The notes: a model not told the origin generated them from the letters alone. A DNA stretch of 62,388 nt from Anaerovoracaceae bacterium (GCA_963625535.1 CAVFUK010000091.1:1-62388); one strand, 5' to 3'; numbered from the stretch's first letter, positions 1 through 9,915 are shown. Translations and numbers: made by a program.

Positions 1-630
1 CTGGGTGTGCGTGCCGCTCTGCGTGTCGTACTTCCAGATGTCGCGGGTGATGGACGAGGTGTGGTGCTTGCGCCACTCGTTCTCGAAGCCCTTCTGGTCC
101 TGGTAGTAGAAGCTCTTGCCGTCCGGGGCATAGCAGACCATCTCCGCCGGGGTTGCCAGCACCTGCTCAGTGCGTCCGCCATCTACGGGCACACGATAGA
201 GCTCGCTCATGGCCGTTGTGGGGAACAGGGCACTGCTGGCCGGGTCCTGAATGGAGGCGTTGAAGAGCACGTACTTGCCATCGGGAGTGAAGGCTGTGGG
301 GCGCTCGCTCACGGAGTTGACCGTCAAGCGACGTGCCGAGCCGCCATCGGCCGACATCACGAACACGTCGAACGACCCGTAGCGGTCGCTGGCGAAGGCT
401 ATCCGTTTGCTGTCGGGCGACCATGCCGGCAGGCATTCGTAGGAATCCTGACTGGTGAGCCGCACGGCAGAACCGCCTTCCACAGGCACTTTGTAAATGT
501 CTCCCTTGTAGCAGAAGGCTATTTGCTTGCCGTCGGGAGAGAGCTTCACGTCGCGCATCCACAGGGGTGTCTGCGCCACAGCGTTCCACACCGCCAGTGC
601 GGAAACCGCTGTCATAATGAGTTTTCTCAT
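1..630 (-). CDS. Tricorn-like S41 family peptidase, N-terminal PD40/TolB beta-propeller part (partial, runs off window)
   Basis: Not in ORF track; hand translation from ATG 630: MRKLIMTAVSALAVWNAVAQTPLWMRDVKLSPDGKQIAFCYKGDIYKVPV, with signal peptide and repeated SPDG/WSPD propeller motifs; -7 box TATCTTTG upstream (715-722). Confidence 0.8.
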   Translation of the reverse strand, partial: MRKLIMTAVSALAVWNAVAQTPLWMRDVKLSPDGKQIAFCYKGDIYKVPVEGGSAVRLTSQDSYECLPAWSPDSKRIAFASDRYGSFDVFVMSADGGSARRLTVNSVSERPTAFTPDGKYVLFNASIQDPASSALFPTTAMSELYRVPVDGGRTEQVLATPAEMVCYAPDGKSFYYQDQKGFENEWRKHHTSSITRDIWKYDTQSGTHTQ

Positions 631-790
631 AATCATCTTAGTTTATTGGACAACTTCTGTGCACACCGCGGAGCCCTTCCTATCAGTAGGAACCGCCATG
701 CGCACAAAGCCGCACAAAGATAGTAATTCCTGTGAGTTGCCACAAACAGTGGACACTATTTGCAGCGAAAGAGATGAATAACAACGCTTT

Positions 791-877
791 CGGGGACATC
801 CACAGCGACGGCGGATGCGACCACAAAGTCTTTGTGGAACATCCACAATACCTCCAAGACACGTCCACCCTCGACGG
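791..877. repeat. Degenerate ~22-bp-period array (CCAC core at 800, 821, 843, 865; best unit GTGGA-N3-TCCAC)
   Basis: CCAC recurs at spacings 21, 22, 22; palindromes ccacaaag-t-ctttgtgg and gtgga-aca-tccac. Confidence 0.45.
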
Positions 878-881
878 CACG

Positions 882-921
882 AAAAAGCCCGTTGCTTGCA
901 ACCAGTGTGCTAGCAACGGGC
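882..921 (-). terminator. Intrinsic terminator of sulP
   Basis: Stem gcccgttgct (887-896)/agcaacgggc (912-921) followed by T-tract on minus strand. Confidence 0.75.
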
Positions 922-953
922 GTCTCGGGTTTGTATCTCTATAGAAGAGAGAC

Positions 954-2648
954 TTATTTCTCTGCAGGCTTGCTCACCAACTCGGTGGCCTTTGCCAGCG
1001 CCTCATTGATGTTGGAGCAGATGTTGTCCTTGCCCAGCAGTTCGTAGAAGCCGGACTTCTGGAGCACGGTGTGCACCTTCTCGTTGACACCGGAGAGCAC
1101 GATGGTGATGTTCTCCTTCTGGCTCATCACGCAGAGGTTGGTGAGATTGTGGATGCCGGTGGAGTCGATGAACGGCACCTTACGCATACGCACCACGCGC
1201 ACCTTGGGACGGTCACCCAACTGGGCCATCATCTCCTCGAACTTGGTGGCGATACCAAAGAAGTAAGGGCCGTTGATCTCGTACACCTCCACGCCCTTCG
1301 GGATGACGAGGTGTTCCTCGTGTACCTCCAGGTCGGACTCCTTGTTGGGATCTATCTCGTTCTTGATGACAGAGATTTCGGTGGTCTCCATCACACGGCG
1401 CATGAAGAGCACACAGGCGATGACCAAGCCCACCTCGATGGCGATGGTCAGGTCGAAGATGACGGTGAGGAAGAAGGTCACCAGCAGCACGGCCACGTCG
1501 CTCTTGGGGTTGCGGAGCAGTGCCCGGAAGGTGCGCCAACCGCTCATGTTGTAGGATACGATGACGAGCACACCGGCCAGGCAGGCCATGGGGATATATT
1601 GTGCCAGCGGCATGAGGAAGAGCAGGATGAGCAGCAGCACCACGGCATGGATGACACCGGCAACGGGGGTCTTGCCACCGTTGTTGATGTTGGTCATGGT
1701 ACGCGCGATGGCTCCCGTGGCAGGAATACCGCCGAAGAGCGGAGCCACGATGTTGGCGGCACCCTGAGCGATGAGTTCCATGTTGGAGTCGTGGCGGTCG
1801 CCGATGACACCATCGGCCACGGTGGCTGAGAGCAGCGACTCGATGGCTCCCAACACGGCGATGGTGATGGCCACAGGGAAGAGGTCCTTGATGGCCTCCC
1901 AGTCGAGCGCCGGCATCACAGCCTCGGGCAGCTCGCTATGAATGGTGAAGCGGTCGCCGATGGTGTCGATGCAGTCGATGCCGCCATAGAGCTTCATCAG
2001 GTAGACAGCCACGGTCACCAGCACAATGGCCACCAGCGAGCCGGGAATCTTCTTCGAGAAGCGCGGGGTGATGGCGATGATGAAGATGCTGACGACGCTC
2101 ACGGCGGTGTTCCACCAGTTGATGGTGTCGAGGTGGCGGAAGTAGACTATCCACTTGCCCACAAAGTCGCCCGGCACCTTGTCATCGCCAAACGAGAGGC
2201 CGAAGACGTCGGCTATCTGGGTGGTGAAGATGGTGACGGCGATACCGCTGGTAAATCCCACGATGATGGGGTAAGGAATGAACTTAATGACGGCACCCAG
2301 CTTGAGCAAGCCCAGCACCACTAGGATGACGCCCGCCATCAGTGTGGCCACGGTGAGTCCGCTGATACCATACTGTTGGATGATGCCGTAGATGATGACG
2401 ATGAAGGCACCCGTAGGACCGCCTATCTGCACCTTGCTGCCGCCGAAGACGGAGATGATGAAGCCTGCCACGATGGCGGTGATGATGCCTTTCTCAGGAG
2501 TCACGCCCGAGGCGATACCGAAGGCGATAGCCAGTGGAAGGGCCACGATGCCCACGATGATGCCGGCCATGAGGTCGGCCGTTAACGTTGATTTGTCATA
2601 ATTCTGTAATGTCGTTAATAACTTTGGTTTGAATAAGAACGCTTTCAT
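954..2648 (-). CDS. sulP: SulP/SLC26 family anion permease with C-terminal STAS domain
   Basis: DLMAGIIVGIVALPLAIAFGIASG, GPTGAF, many TM helices, STAS motifs YEINGPYFFG and VPFIDSTG; start set at MKAFLF. Confidence 0.93.
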   Translation of the reverse strand: MKAFLFKPKLLTTLQNYDKSTLTADLMAGIIVGIVALPLAIAFGIASGVTPEKGIITAIVAGFIISVFGGSKVQIGGPTGAFIVIIYGIIQQYGISGLTVATLMAGVILVVLGLLKLGAVIKFIPYPIIVGFTSGIAVTIFTTQIADVFGLSFGDDKVPGDFVGKWIVYFRHLDTINWWNTAVSVVSIFIIAITPRFSKKIPGSLVAIVLVTVAVYLMKLYGGIDCIDTIGDRFTIHSELPEAVMPALDWEAIKDLFPVAITIAVLGAIESLLSATVADGVIGDRHDSNMELIAQGAANIVAPLFGGIPATGAIARTMTNINNGGKTPVAGVIHAVVLLLILLFLMPLAQYIPMACLAGVLVIVSYNMSGWRTFRALLRNPKSDVAVLLVTFFLTVIFDLTIAIEVGLVIACVLFMRRVMETTEISVIKNEIDPNKESDLEVHEEHLVIPKGVEVYEINGPYFFGIATKFEEMMAQLGDRPKVRVVRMRKVPFIDSTGIHNLTNLCVMSQKENITIVLSGVNEKVHTVLQKSGFYELLGKDNICSNINEALAKATELVSKPAEK

Positions 2649-2710
2649 TGGTTGAAACAATCTAATACCTTAATTAAATACCTAATACCTTCTCTTGCGA
2701 TAAGAGGCGG

Positions 2711-2718
2711 CAAAATTA
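2711..2718 (-). promoter_or_regulatory. Bacteroidetes sigma-70 -7 box for sulP
   Basis: TAATTTTG on minus strand matches TAnnTTTG. Confidence 0.6.
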
Positions 2719-2910
2719 TACCTTTTTAATATACCACACAAGTTTTTCCCTTAAAAAACCGCTCTCCATGCCTCTTGATACCCTAAGAAAGGGCCCTACA
2801 CTTTCCCCTTTGTTATTAGGGGAAACGATATCGCATAAAAGAACGGGAGAATCTGCCCGTATTGTGTTAAGACCCAGTACTTTATGGCGTAAAAGTCCGG
2901 TCGCGAAGGT

Positions 2911-2998
2911 TGTACGGCAATTGCCGTACACGTGTATGGCAATTGTCAAACACCTGTACGGCAGTTGCCATACACACATATGGCAGTTGTCAGACACC
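2911..2998. repeat. 4 x 22-bp palindromic tandem array
   Basis: tgtacggcaattgccgtacacg / tgtatggcaattgtcaaacacc / tgtacggcagttgccatacaca / catatggcagttgtcagacacc; first 20 bp are a perfect palindrome. Confidence 0.9.
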
Positions 2999-3085
2999 GC
3001 CCGAGAGTATAGTCTACAGGGAAACAAAGCGGACTGATACAGTATATCTCCGCTTCCGTTAAGTTATGAGGAAGGGATATGACAA

Positions 3086-3123
3086 TGCGCACCCTAAGAG
3101 GGTTTAATCTCTCAGAGTGCGCA
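3086..3123 (-). terminator. Hairpin just downstream of histidine kinase
   Basis: tgcgcac...gtgcgca outer stem with inner pairing; no clear U-tract. Confidence 0.35.
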
Positions 3124-3137
3124 CTTATAGAAGTTTC

Positions 3138-5156
3138 TTAGATAACGTGTTCCACGGATTTAGGATGGGTGATGAGCATCTCGTCGGAGGTGTTCACCAG
3201 CACGGTCTTGTTGTACTTATCCTCCTCGGTAGGCTGCACGAACGGCACCTCGAGCCAGAACTCGGAACCCTCGCCTTCCTTGGAGTTCACGCCTACCCGG
3301 CCACCCATCATCTCCGCTATCATGCGGCAGATGGAGAGTCCCAGTCCAGTACCCTGGATGTAGCGGTTGAGCTTGACGAAACGTTCGAAGATGACCTCCA
3401 GCTTGTCGGCGGGGATACCGCAACCGGTGTCGCGCACATAGAAGCGGATGACACCGTTGTTAGGCACATAGTAACCGGTGGTGATGGTGCCCTTCTCGGT
3501 ATTCTTCACGGCATTGGACATGAAGTTGTTCATCACCTGCGTGATGCGGCGCTCCTCGGAGTAGAAGAAGCACTCGCCCAACGGAGCGTCGGACTTTACC
3601 TCCACACCCGGTTTGGTGCGACCTACCCACGACTGTGCCCAGTTCTGCAAAGTGCTGTTCACATTGATGTTGGAGTAGGTGAACTCCATCGTGCCCGATT
3701 CCATCTTCGAGAGGTCTATCACATCGTTCACCAACTGCAGCAACAGGCGGTTGTTGAACTCGATAATCTCCTTGTACTGCTTGGCCTCCTCGTTGGGGTT
3801 CATGTCCGCCAGCAGTTCGGAGAATCCTACGATGGCGTTGAGCGGCGTGCGTATCTCGTGGCTCATGTTGGCAATGAAGGTAGACTTCAGCTTGTTGGTC
3901 TCCTCGGCCTTGTCCTTGGCCTCCATCAACTCGTGCTCCAGCTGCTTGCGGTTCTCGATGATGGTTGTGGAGCCCACCAACGTCAGCGGCTTGCCGTTGG
4001 CGTCGCGGTCGCCTATGATGGCGGAGCTCAGTACCCACAGGTAAGCGTCCGCCTCGGCATAGAACACGGGGTACTCTATGTTGAGGATGTTGATTTCGCC
4101 ACGTCCCAGTTTCTCCAGTCCTTCCCTCACCTCCTCACGATGTTCGGGGGCTATCTGCGCGTAGTGTTCCTCATCGGTCTTTCCGATGAGGTCGCGGTTG
4201 ATGCCATACTTGTCCGAGGCGTACTTCCGGTCGCACGAGATGGTCTTCGTCTGCAGGTCCCAGGTCCAAGGCATGGCTCCCAAGGCCTTCAGAATCATCT
4301 CGTAGCGCTGGTTGAGTCGAGCCATCTGCTTGGCGGTCTCCACCTGCTCGGTGATGTCGATGGCGGAGCCGATGAGGAAGGTCTTGTCGTCCTTGTAGCG
4401 AATCAGGCTGTCGTAGACGTTTACGACGCACTTCTTGCCATTGAGCGTACACTCCAGATGTTCGTAAGCGGCCATCTTGCCCACCTCCAGTTGGTCGTCC
4501 AGCTTGTCGAAGGAGAGCATCTTCTGCACCTTCGGGGCCATCTGGTCGAAGGTTTTTCCCTTTATCTCTTCGGCAGGAATGCCTACCAAGTTCTCCATAG
4601 CCTTGTTCCATACGATGTATTCGCCATCTTCCTTGTTGTCGCGTACCATCACCGGGATGGGCAAGAACTCCAGGATGTCCTCCAGCTGGGTGCGGTACTG
4701 CTCGCTCTCGGTCACGTCGGTAGCCAGCAGCATAATCTTCGACTTGGAGTAGAGCACGATGCGGAGGAAGAGGTTGCGGTCCTCGCCCAGGTAGTTGCGC
4801 ACCGTCACCTTCAGCTCACCGTTCTGTCCCGTCTCCACCACACGGCGGATGACGCGGCGGTAGAGGATGTAGTCCTCGGGGTCGACGAAGGAGTCGCGTA
4901 TGGAGTAAGGCATCTTCTGTATGTTCCAGATGAGGAAGGAGTAGCGGGGCTCGTTGATGCGGCCCAGGATGACACCCATGCGGTCTATCCAGTAAACGGG
5001 GAAGTTCAAGGCGCCCAGCATCTTTTGGTTGATGTTCTGGCGCTTGTTGATGTAGAGGTCGTGTATGAGAGTGGCGCACAGCAGCACGGCCAGTATCACG
5101 AAGATGATACTGAACACCCTACTGTTTTGTAGCCATAGTTCGTCGAAGTAATTCAT
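3138..5156 (-). CDS. Orphan membrane-anchored PAS-domain sensor histidine kinase
   Basis: N-terminal TM, PAS-like repeats, H-box FIANMSHEIRTPLNAIVGF, N-box NFMSNAVK, DTGCGI, GTGLGLSI; no receiver domain or adjacent response regulator. Confidence 0.9.
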   Translation of the reverse strand: MNYFDELWLQNSRVFSIIFVILAVLLCATLIHDLYINKRQNINQKMLGALNFPVYWIDRMGVILGRINEPRYSFLIWNIQKMPYSIRDSFVDPEDYILYRRVIRRVVETGQNGELKVTVRNYLGEDRNLFLRIVLYSKSKIMLLATDVTESEQYRTQLEDILEFLPIPVMVRDNKEDGEYIVWNKAMENLVGIPAEEIKGKTFDQMAPKVQKMLSFDKLDDQLEVGKMAAYEHLECTLNGKKCVVNVYDSLIRYKDDKTFLIGSAIDITEQVETAKQMARLNQRYEMILKALGAMPWTWDLQTKTISCDRKYASDKYGINRDLIGKTDEEHYAQIAPEHREEVREGLEKLGRGEINILNIEYPVFYAEADAYLWVLSSAIIGDRDANGKPLTLVGSTTIIENRKQLEHELMEAKDKAEETNKLKSTFIANMSHEIRTPLNAIVGFSELLADMNPNEEAKQYKEIIEFNNRLLLQLVNDVIDLSKMESGTMEFTYSNINVNSTLQNWAQSWVGRTKPGVEVKSDAPLGECFFYSEERRITQVMNNFMSNAVKNTEKGTITTGYYVPNNGVIRFYVRDTGCGIPADKLEVIFERFVKLNRYIQGTGLGLSICRMIAEMMGGRVGVNSKEGEGSEFWLEVPFVQPTEEDKYNKTVLVNTSDEMLITHPKSVEHVI

Positions 5157-5237
5157 GTGGTCGTGTTTGTTCGCGTACAAATTTCTGAAAGAGAATTGTA
5201 TAAAACAAATAAATTGGCAAGAAATGTGCTTTAGGGC

Positions 5238-5570
5238 AAGAAAAAAGTTCTTCCTGGGCAGGAGAAGAGGTTTCTCTAGTAAGGTTGATAGAGGTTGGTC
5301 AGGTTGGGGAATAGACGTTGTCGGTTAGGTAAATAGACGCTCCTTTGTTTAGTTTACAGGCGTTACTAGGTGGAAAGATAGCCGTTCTTGGTTTAGAAGA
5401 TAGACGTTCCTAATTGAGGTGATAAATATTCCTGGTTACGAAGATAGACGTTCCTAGTTAGGGAATTAGATTTCTCTGGTTAGGAAAAAAGATTTTCCTA
5501 GTTGGGAAAATAAAATTCCCTAGGTAGGAGGATTGACGTCGCTCAGTAGGAAGACAAGCTTCCTTAGTAA
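5238..5570. repeat. ~15 x 22-bp degenerate tandem array, consensus approx. GGAAGATAGACGTTCCTAGTTA
   Basis: ATAGACG-like anchor at 5288, 5311, 5333, 5356, 5378, 5400, 5422, 5444, 5466, 5488, 5510, 5532, 5554; AGGAA...TTCCT inverted arms. Confidence 0.85.
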
Positions 5571-5589
5571 GGGAGAGGGCTCCGGTTGG

Positions 5590-6192
5590 TCAGGTGAAGA
5601 GTTCCAGCTGGGTGTCGCCATAGAGGTTGAAGGTCTTCCGGTGATAAGGCGTGATGCCGTGCTGGCGGATAGCCTCGCGATGCTTGCGGGTGGGATAGCC
5701 TTTGTTGTTGTCCCAGTCGTAGTAAGGATATTCCCGGTGGAGCCCGTTCATGTAATCGTCGCGGTAGGTCTTTGCCAGGATGGAGGCAGCGGCAATGGAG
5801 AGGTATTTGCCGTCGCCCTTCACCACGGTGGTGTAGGGAATGTCGCGGAAAGGCCGGAACCGGTTGCCGTCGATGATGAGGTGCTGTGGCACCACAGAGA
5901 GTTGCTCCACAGCCCGGTGCATAGCCAGGATGGAGGCGTTGAGGATGTTGATTCGGTCAATCTCCTGTGGCGAGACGATGCCCACCGCCCAAGCCACCGC
6001 GTCGCGCTCTATCACCTCCCGCAGAGCATACCGCTGCCGTTCGGTCAACTGCTTTGAGTCGTTGAGCTGCTCGTTGTGGTAGTCCGCCGGGAGTATCACC
6101 GCCGCTGCATAGACCGATCCGGCGAGGCATCCGCGTCCCGCCTCGTCGCAGCCCGCCTCCGTCACATTCTCTTTATAGTAGGGTAATAACAT
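5590..6192 (-). CDS. rnhB: Ribonuclease HII
   Basis: [51 protein letters not shown]. Confidence 0.97.
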   Translation of the reverse strand: MLLPYYKENVTEAGCDEAGRGCLAGSVYAAAVILPADYHNEQLNDSKQLTERQRYALREVIERDAVAWAVGIVSPQEIDRINILNASILAMHRAVEQLSVVPQHLIIDGNRFRPFRDIPYTTVVKGDGKYLSIAAASILAKTYRDDYMNGLHREYPYYDWDNNKGYPTRKHREAIRQHGITPYHRKTFNLYGDTQLELFT

Positions 6193-6255
6193 CTTCTTCT
6201 ATTGATTTACGTTTATTATTCGTTTGGCATTCTTGTTCACAGCAGAGTAAAGCAC

Positions 6256-7386
6256 CTAAATGAACTCCAAATAGTTGCCCCTGTTCACCACGTGGTACTC
6301 CGCTTGGGGATAAGACACCTGAAAAGCCTTCGGTGCAGCAGGCATCTTATTGCCCCACTTAAACTCCAAGGCAGTGAGTTGTTCGTTGTGCACCTCCACA
6401 AGGTCCACTTCCTGCATGTCGTAGGTCCGCCAGAAGTAAAACTCCTTACGCTGGCAAGCGTTGAAGCTCAGCTTACGCCGCTCACCGATGACATAATTCT
6501 CCCACAGAGCGCCCACATCCTGACGGATTGCCAAGGGGGAGAAGGCACCAATGATGGCGTTGCGGATACCGTTATCGTAGAAATACCATTTCCCGGCCTT
6601 GGTCACCTCTTTCCGAAGGTTGTTGGAGTAGGCTCCCAAGCGATAGACCACGAAGACCTTCTCCAAGAGGTCGAGGTATTTCTCTACGGTAGTCTTGCTC
6701 ATGCCCAACTGTTTGCCCAGCTCATCGTAGGAGACTTCGCTGCCCAATTGAAAGGCGACAAGGCGAAGGAGGTCGCGCATCTTACGCGAGTTCTTCAGCC
6801 CATCGACGGCAAGAATATCCTTTAGTAGATACGCATTCACGATGTCGCGCAAGTAGTCGGTTTTGCGCTCGAAATCGTCCATTATCACCACCTCGGGGTA
6901 ACTGCCATAGATGAGTCGCGACTCCAGGTTATGTCGGGTATCAAGAGGTGTCTCTGTCTGAGAAAGTTCCCTTTGAGAGAAAGGTGTAAGCAGGAACTGT
7001 ATGCTTCGACCCACCAAAGGCTCCCCGGTCTTGTTGAGCAGGTCGAACGAGGAAGAGCCGCTCGCCAACACACGGATACCGGAAATCTCGTCCACTATCA
7101 GTTTTAGGATGTTGCCGATATCAGGCACACTTTGCGCCTCGTCTATGGCCAATAGGTCTACGCCCTGCAACAGATGGCGATAATTGGCAACGGACCGATT
7201 TTCGAGCAAAGCCAGCGTGTCGAAGTCCTCACCATTCAGCATCAGCGTGTGTCCGGGATAGTCTTTTACGATGCTTCTCAGCATCACCGTCTTGCCCACA
7301 CGCCGTGCCCCATAGATGAGTACAACCTTGTTAGGTGCGATGGAAGAAGCGACCTTCTCCTGCAAAAGTCTATTGATAGTCTCCAT
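6256..7386 (-). CDS. AAA-family ATP-binding protein (AAA_14 + DUF4143 type) with C-terminal nuclease-like motif
   Basis: Walker A GARRVGKT, Walker B IDEAQ, SGSSS, YFYDNGIRN, FWRT..QEVDLV...EFKW. Confidence 0.88.
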   Translation of the reverse strand: METINRLLQEKVASSIAPNKVVLIYGARRVGKTVMLRSIVKDYPGHTLMLNGEDFDTLALLENRSVANYRHLLQGVDLLAIDEAQSVPDIGNILKLIVDEISGIRVLASGSSSFDLLNKTGEPLVGRSIQFLLTPFSQRELSQTETPLDTRHNLESRLIYGSYPEVVIMDDFERKTDYLRDIVNAYLLKDILAVDGLKNSRKMRDLLRLVAFQLGSEVSYDELGKQLGMSKTTVEKYLDLLEKVFVVYRLGAYSNNLRKEVTKAGKWYFYDNGIRNAIIGAFSPLAIRQDVGALWENYVIGERRKLSFNACQRKEFYFWRTYDMQEVDLVEVHNEQLTALEFKWGNKMPAAPKAFQVSYPQAEYHVVNRGNYLEFI

Positions 7387-7408
7387 AACGATAGTAGATA
7401 ATTCACTG

Positions 7409-7479
7409 CAAATATAAGGAATATTTCGCCAAATGGCGATTTTTACCTAAAAAACGTACTGTGAAATGGCGATTTTTAC
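7409..7479 (-). promoter_or_regulatory. -7 box and 16-bp direct repeat upstream of the ATPase
   Basis: TATATTTG at 7409-7416 (minus); aaatggcgatttttac at 7431-7446 and 7464-7479. Confidence 0.6.
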
Positions 7480-7662
7480 GATTAAGGGATATTTGTTGGG
7501 GAGGAAGATGGATTTAGGGAGAAGTGTAGAGGGAGGAAGCGAAGGGGAAAGTAGAGGATATGTAGAGGTAGAAGAACGGTGGAGAGAAGACAAAGTGAAG
7601 AGGAAGAGAAGGTGGAAGCGAAACTTTCGCGGAGCGTAAAGAGAGGAGAACCGCTAAAGCGT

Positions 7663-7695
7663 AAAAAGGGGACGTTCCTTACGGAACGTCCCCTT
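7663..7695 (-). terminator. Intrinsic terminator of stand-alone susC/D
   Basis: aggggacgttcc-ttac-ggaacgtcccct perfect stem, T-tract on minus strand. Confidence 0.9.
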
Positions 7696-7731
7696 CATGT
7701 ATTGTATGGTTAATACTTTCTGAGGAAAGGA

Positions 7732-9915
7732 TTATTCATTCTGGAAACCATAACCATTGGTAAAGCCACCAGAGCTGATTACGTTCGGAGTGAACGGCCA
7801 GAGGTAGATAGGAGCCTTCTTGCCATCGAAGTCGTAGAAGAGATACTTCTCGTACTCGTCGCGGTTCGTACCGGAAATCAAGCTAGCACCCCAAGAAACC
7901 TTGGTGTAACCGTCTGCTTCCAAAGCGGCAGCTTCTTCACCTGCGGGATCGATGTAAGTGAACAAGCCCTTGATAGCCAGGTTGGTCTTAGGTTCCGTGT
8001 CTGTTACCTCTTTACCATCTTTATCCTTTGTGGTATACTTGCAACCATAGCTGGTCCAATCGTCATTCTGACCACGCCATCCCGGATAGAGAACAGGGTC
8101 GTCCTTCTTATCCTCAGGGCACTGAGCTGTCAAACGATGTCCATATTCGGTCTTGGCATCCACCTGCTTCGTCCAGATGTAAGCAGGGATGACGTTGCCA
8201 TTATCGAATTTATAGAAACCGTCTTTCTCCAGGCCATCCATCATCTTCGTAGTCAGATTCTTGATGTCCACGATGTTCTCGCATACATAACCTGAACGAA
8301 TCAAAGTCCAACGACGGTCGCCTTCGCCAGCATACTCAAAGCCTCTCTCCTCGATGACAGCACGCAAGAGGCCACCCTTACCGCTCCAAGAGTTGATATA
8401 CTCGTCGATGTTAGCCTTGCCTTCGGGGAACGAACGCTCACGAACGGTCTGCAGATATTGTTTAGCTGTAACATCATCGCCCAAGGCTGCGCAAACCTCA
8501 GCATAACCGAGGTAAATCTCAGCTGTACGCATGTACGGACCATTGATGCCGGACTTACGTTGAGCAGACACCCAAACAGTTGTCTGACGGTTCTCATCCC
8601 ACTTGTTCAGAGAGAGACCACCATTGCATTTTGAACCCGGAGCGAGAGAAAGGATTTGCTCAAAGCCCTTACCGGAACTACCCGTAACGGCTACACTGAC
8701 GTCACGGCGCATATCGTTCGGATCGAACTTGCCATAGTAGAAAGCCGGGTTGATACGACCTTGTCCGTAACTCTTGCAAGGATAGTTAGCCTTGCTACCA
8801 CCATTGGAAGGACGACCGAAAGAGTAAGGACGGCCATCGTTACCGCCACCCTGTTGCATCGGGTACTCGTAGATGGACTCATCAGCATACTGGTCATCTG
8901 CCTGATGCATCTGCTCGAAGAAGTACTGATAGGGGTTACCGAATGTACGTCCGTTGTTGTCAGAAGCGCCACGCGGGTCGGTCAGGTAGTACTTAGCTGT
9001 ACCCATGTTTGACAAGCACTCTGCATAATATTTCTGAGCAATCTTATAGAGATTCTGCCAGTCAGAACGACGAGCGTAAGAAGCGCCATTGTTGTCAGCA
9101 ACGCCCTCTTTCTGCTCGAAAGTATAAGCCTTGCCTGTGCTGTCCACACGGGAGATGTCGTTACGACGTGTCTGGTAACCACCGGCATCCAAGCACAAAC
9201 GGCCAATCAAGCCCTGAACGTAAGTCTTTGAGAAATAGTTCTTGGTCTGGTATCCTGGTATCTCACCAACCGGATACATCAGTTCCACGACGTCCACCAA
9301 GTCAGCGATACATGCATCGTAGATGGAGTCGCGGCTAACCAAACCTGCGGGCAGGTCACCATAGGTTCCCACGTAGGGAACATCACCGAAGTTCTTGCAG
9401 AGCTCACGGTAAGCAGTAGCACGCAAAGCGATAGCCTCAGCGTACATCTGGCCCATCTCTGACTGACCTCCGCCGATAATCTCCTGGAAGTTCGACTTAT
9501 TGCGCATAGAGGTAATCACGGCATTGGACTTACTGATCACCTTATACAGTTTGGAGTATGTACCATCCTCTTTCAAGTAAGAGAGCAAACCATATTGACT
9601 TGCATAGTTTCCGTTCTGATAGAAACACTCAGCCCAGTGACGACCAGGTTGGTTCTTGAAAGCTTCAGGGTGACGCTCGATATCCGATCCTGCCACATCG
9701 GCAGCATAGAACAGACCATCACCAAATATATCGTTCTGAGCCACGTCTCTCCATGACTCATACGCTCCATCGAGCGCGGCACGTGCGGTAGTAGTATTGG
9801 AGAAGACGAAATCAGCATCCACCACAGAAGGCGAGCTCGTCTCCAAGAAATCACTACAAGCGGCAACACTCATCAGTGCTGCGGCACCCAGTGTATAGTA
9901 TAATATCTTTTTCAT
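7732..9915 (-). CDS. RagB/SusD family outer-membrane lipoprotein
   Basis: Lipobox VAAC-SDFL, FGDVPY, MRTAEIYLGYAE, EERGFEYAGEGDRRWTLIRSG; directly downstream of SusC. Confidence 0.93.
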   Translation of the reverse strand: MKKILYYTLGAAALMSVAACSDFLETSSPSVVDADFVFSNTTTARAALDGAYESWRDVAQNDIFGDGLFYAADVAGSDIERHPEAFKNQPGRHWAECFYQNGNYASQYGLLSYLKEDGTYSKLYKVISKSNAVITSMRNKSNFQEIIGGGQSEMGQMYAEAIALRATAYRELCKNFGDVPYVGTYGDLPAGLVSRDSIYDACIADLVDVVELMYPVGEIPGYQTKNYFSKTYVQGLIGRLCLDAGGYQTRRNDISRVDSTGKAYTFEQKEGVADNNGASYARRSDWQNLYKIAQKYYAECLSNMGTAKYYLTDPRGASDNNGRTFGNPYQYFFEQMHQADDQYADESIYEYPMQQGGGNDGRPYSFGRPSNGGSKANYPCKSYGQGRINPAFYYGKFDPNDMRRDVSVAVTGSSGKGFEQILSLAPGSKCNGGLSLNKWDENRQTTVWVSAQRKSGINGPYMRTAEIYLGYAEVCAALGDDVTAKQYLQTVRERSFPEGKANIDEYINSWSGKGGLLRAVIEERGFEYAGEGDRRWTLIRSGYVCENIVDIKNLTTKMMDGLEKDGFYKFDNGNVIPAYIWTKQVDAKTEYGHRLTAQCPEDKKDDPVLYPGWRGQNDDWTSYGCKYTTKDKDGKEVTDTEPKTNLAIKGLFTYIDPAGEEAAALEADGYTKVSWGASLISGTNRDEYEKYLFYDFDGKKAPIYLWPFTPNVISSGGFTNGYGFQNE

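Noticed and set aside
655..710. Structured 5' leader of the tricorn-like gene as a riboswitch
   Set aside because: It can fold into a hairpin but matches no riboswitch consensus I recognise
7..723. ORF-track calls 7-723 (+) and 167-589 (-)
   Set aside because: The real gene is a different minus-strand frame starting at 630 and running off the window
2716..3037. ORFs 2716-3027 (-) and 2768-3037 (+)
   Set aside because: Translations of the non-coding repeat array and promoter DNA
3117..5132. Long antisense ORFs (3117-5132 +, also 14906-15940, 17366-18793, 19692-20963, 44594-46183 and others)
   Set aside because: Shadow frames opposite well-supported genes, caused by biased codon usage; no recognisable motifs
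5238..5570. Possible CRISPR array (also considered for 24591-24674 and 61813-61890)
   Set aside because: Period of 21-22 bp, no unique 30-40 bp spacers, no cas genes
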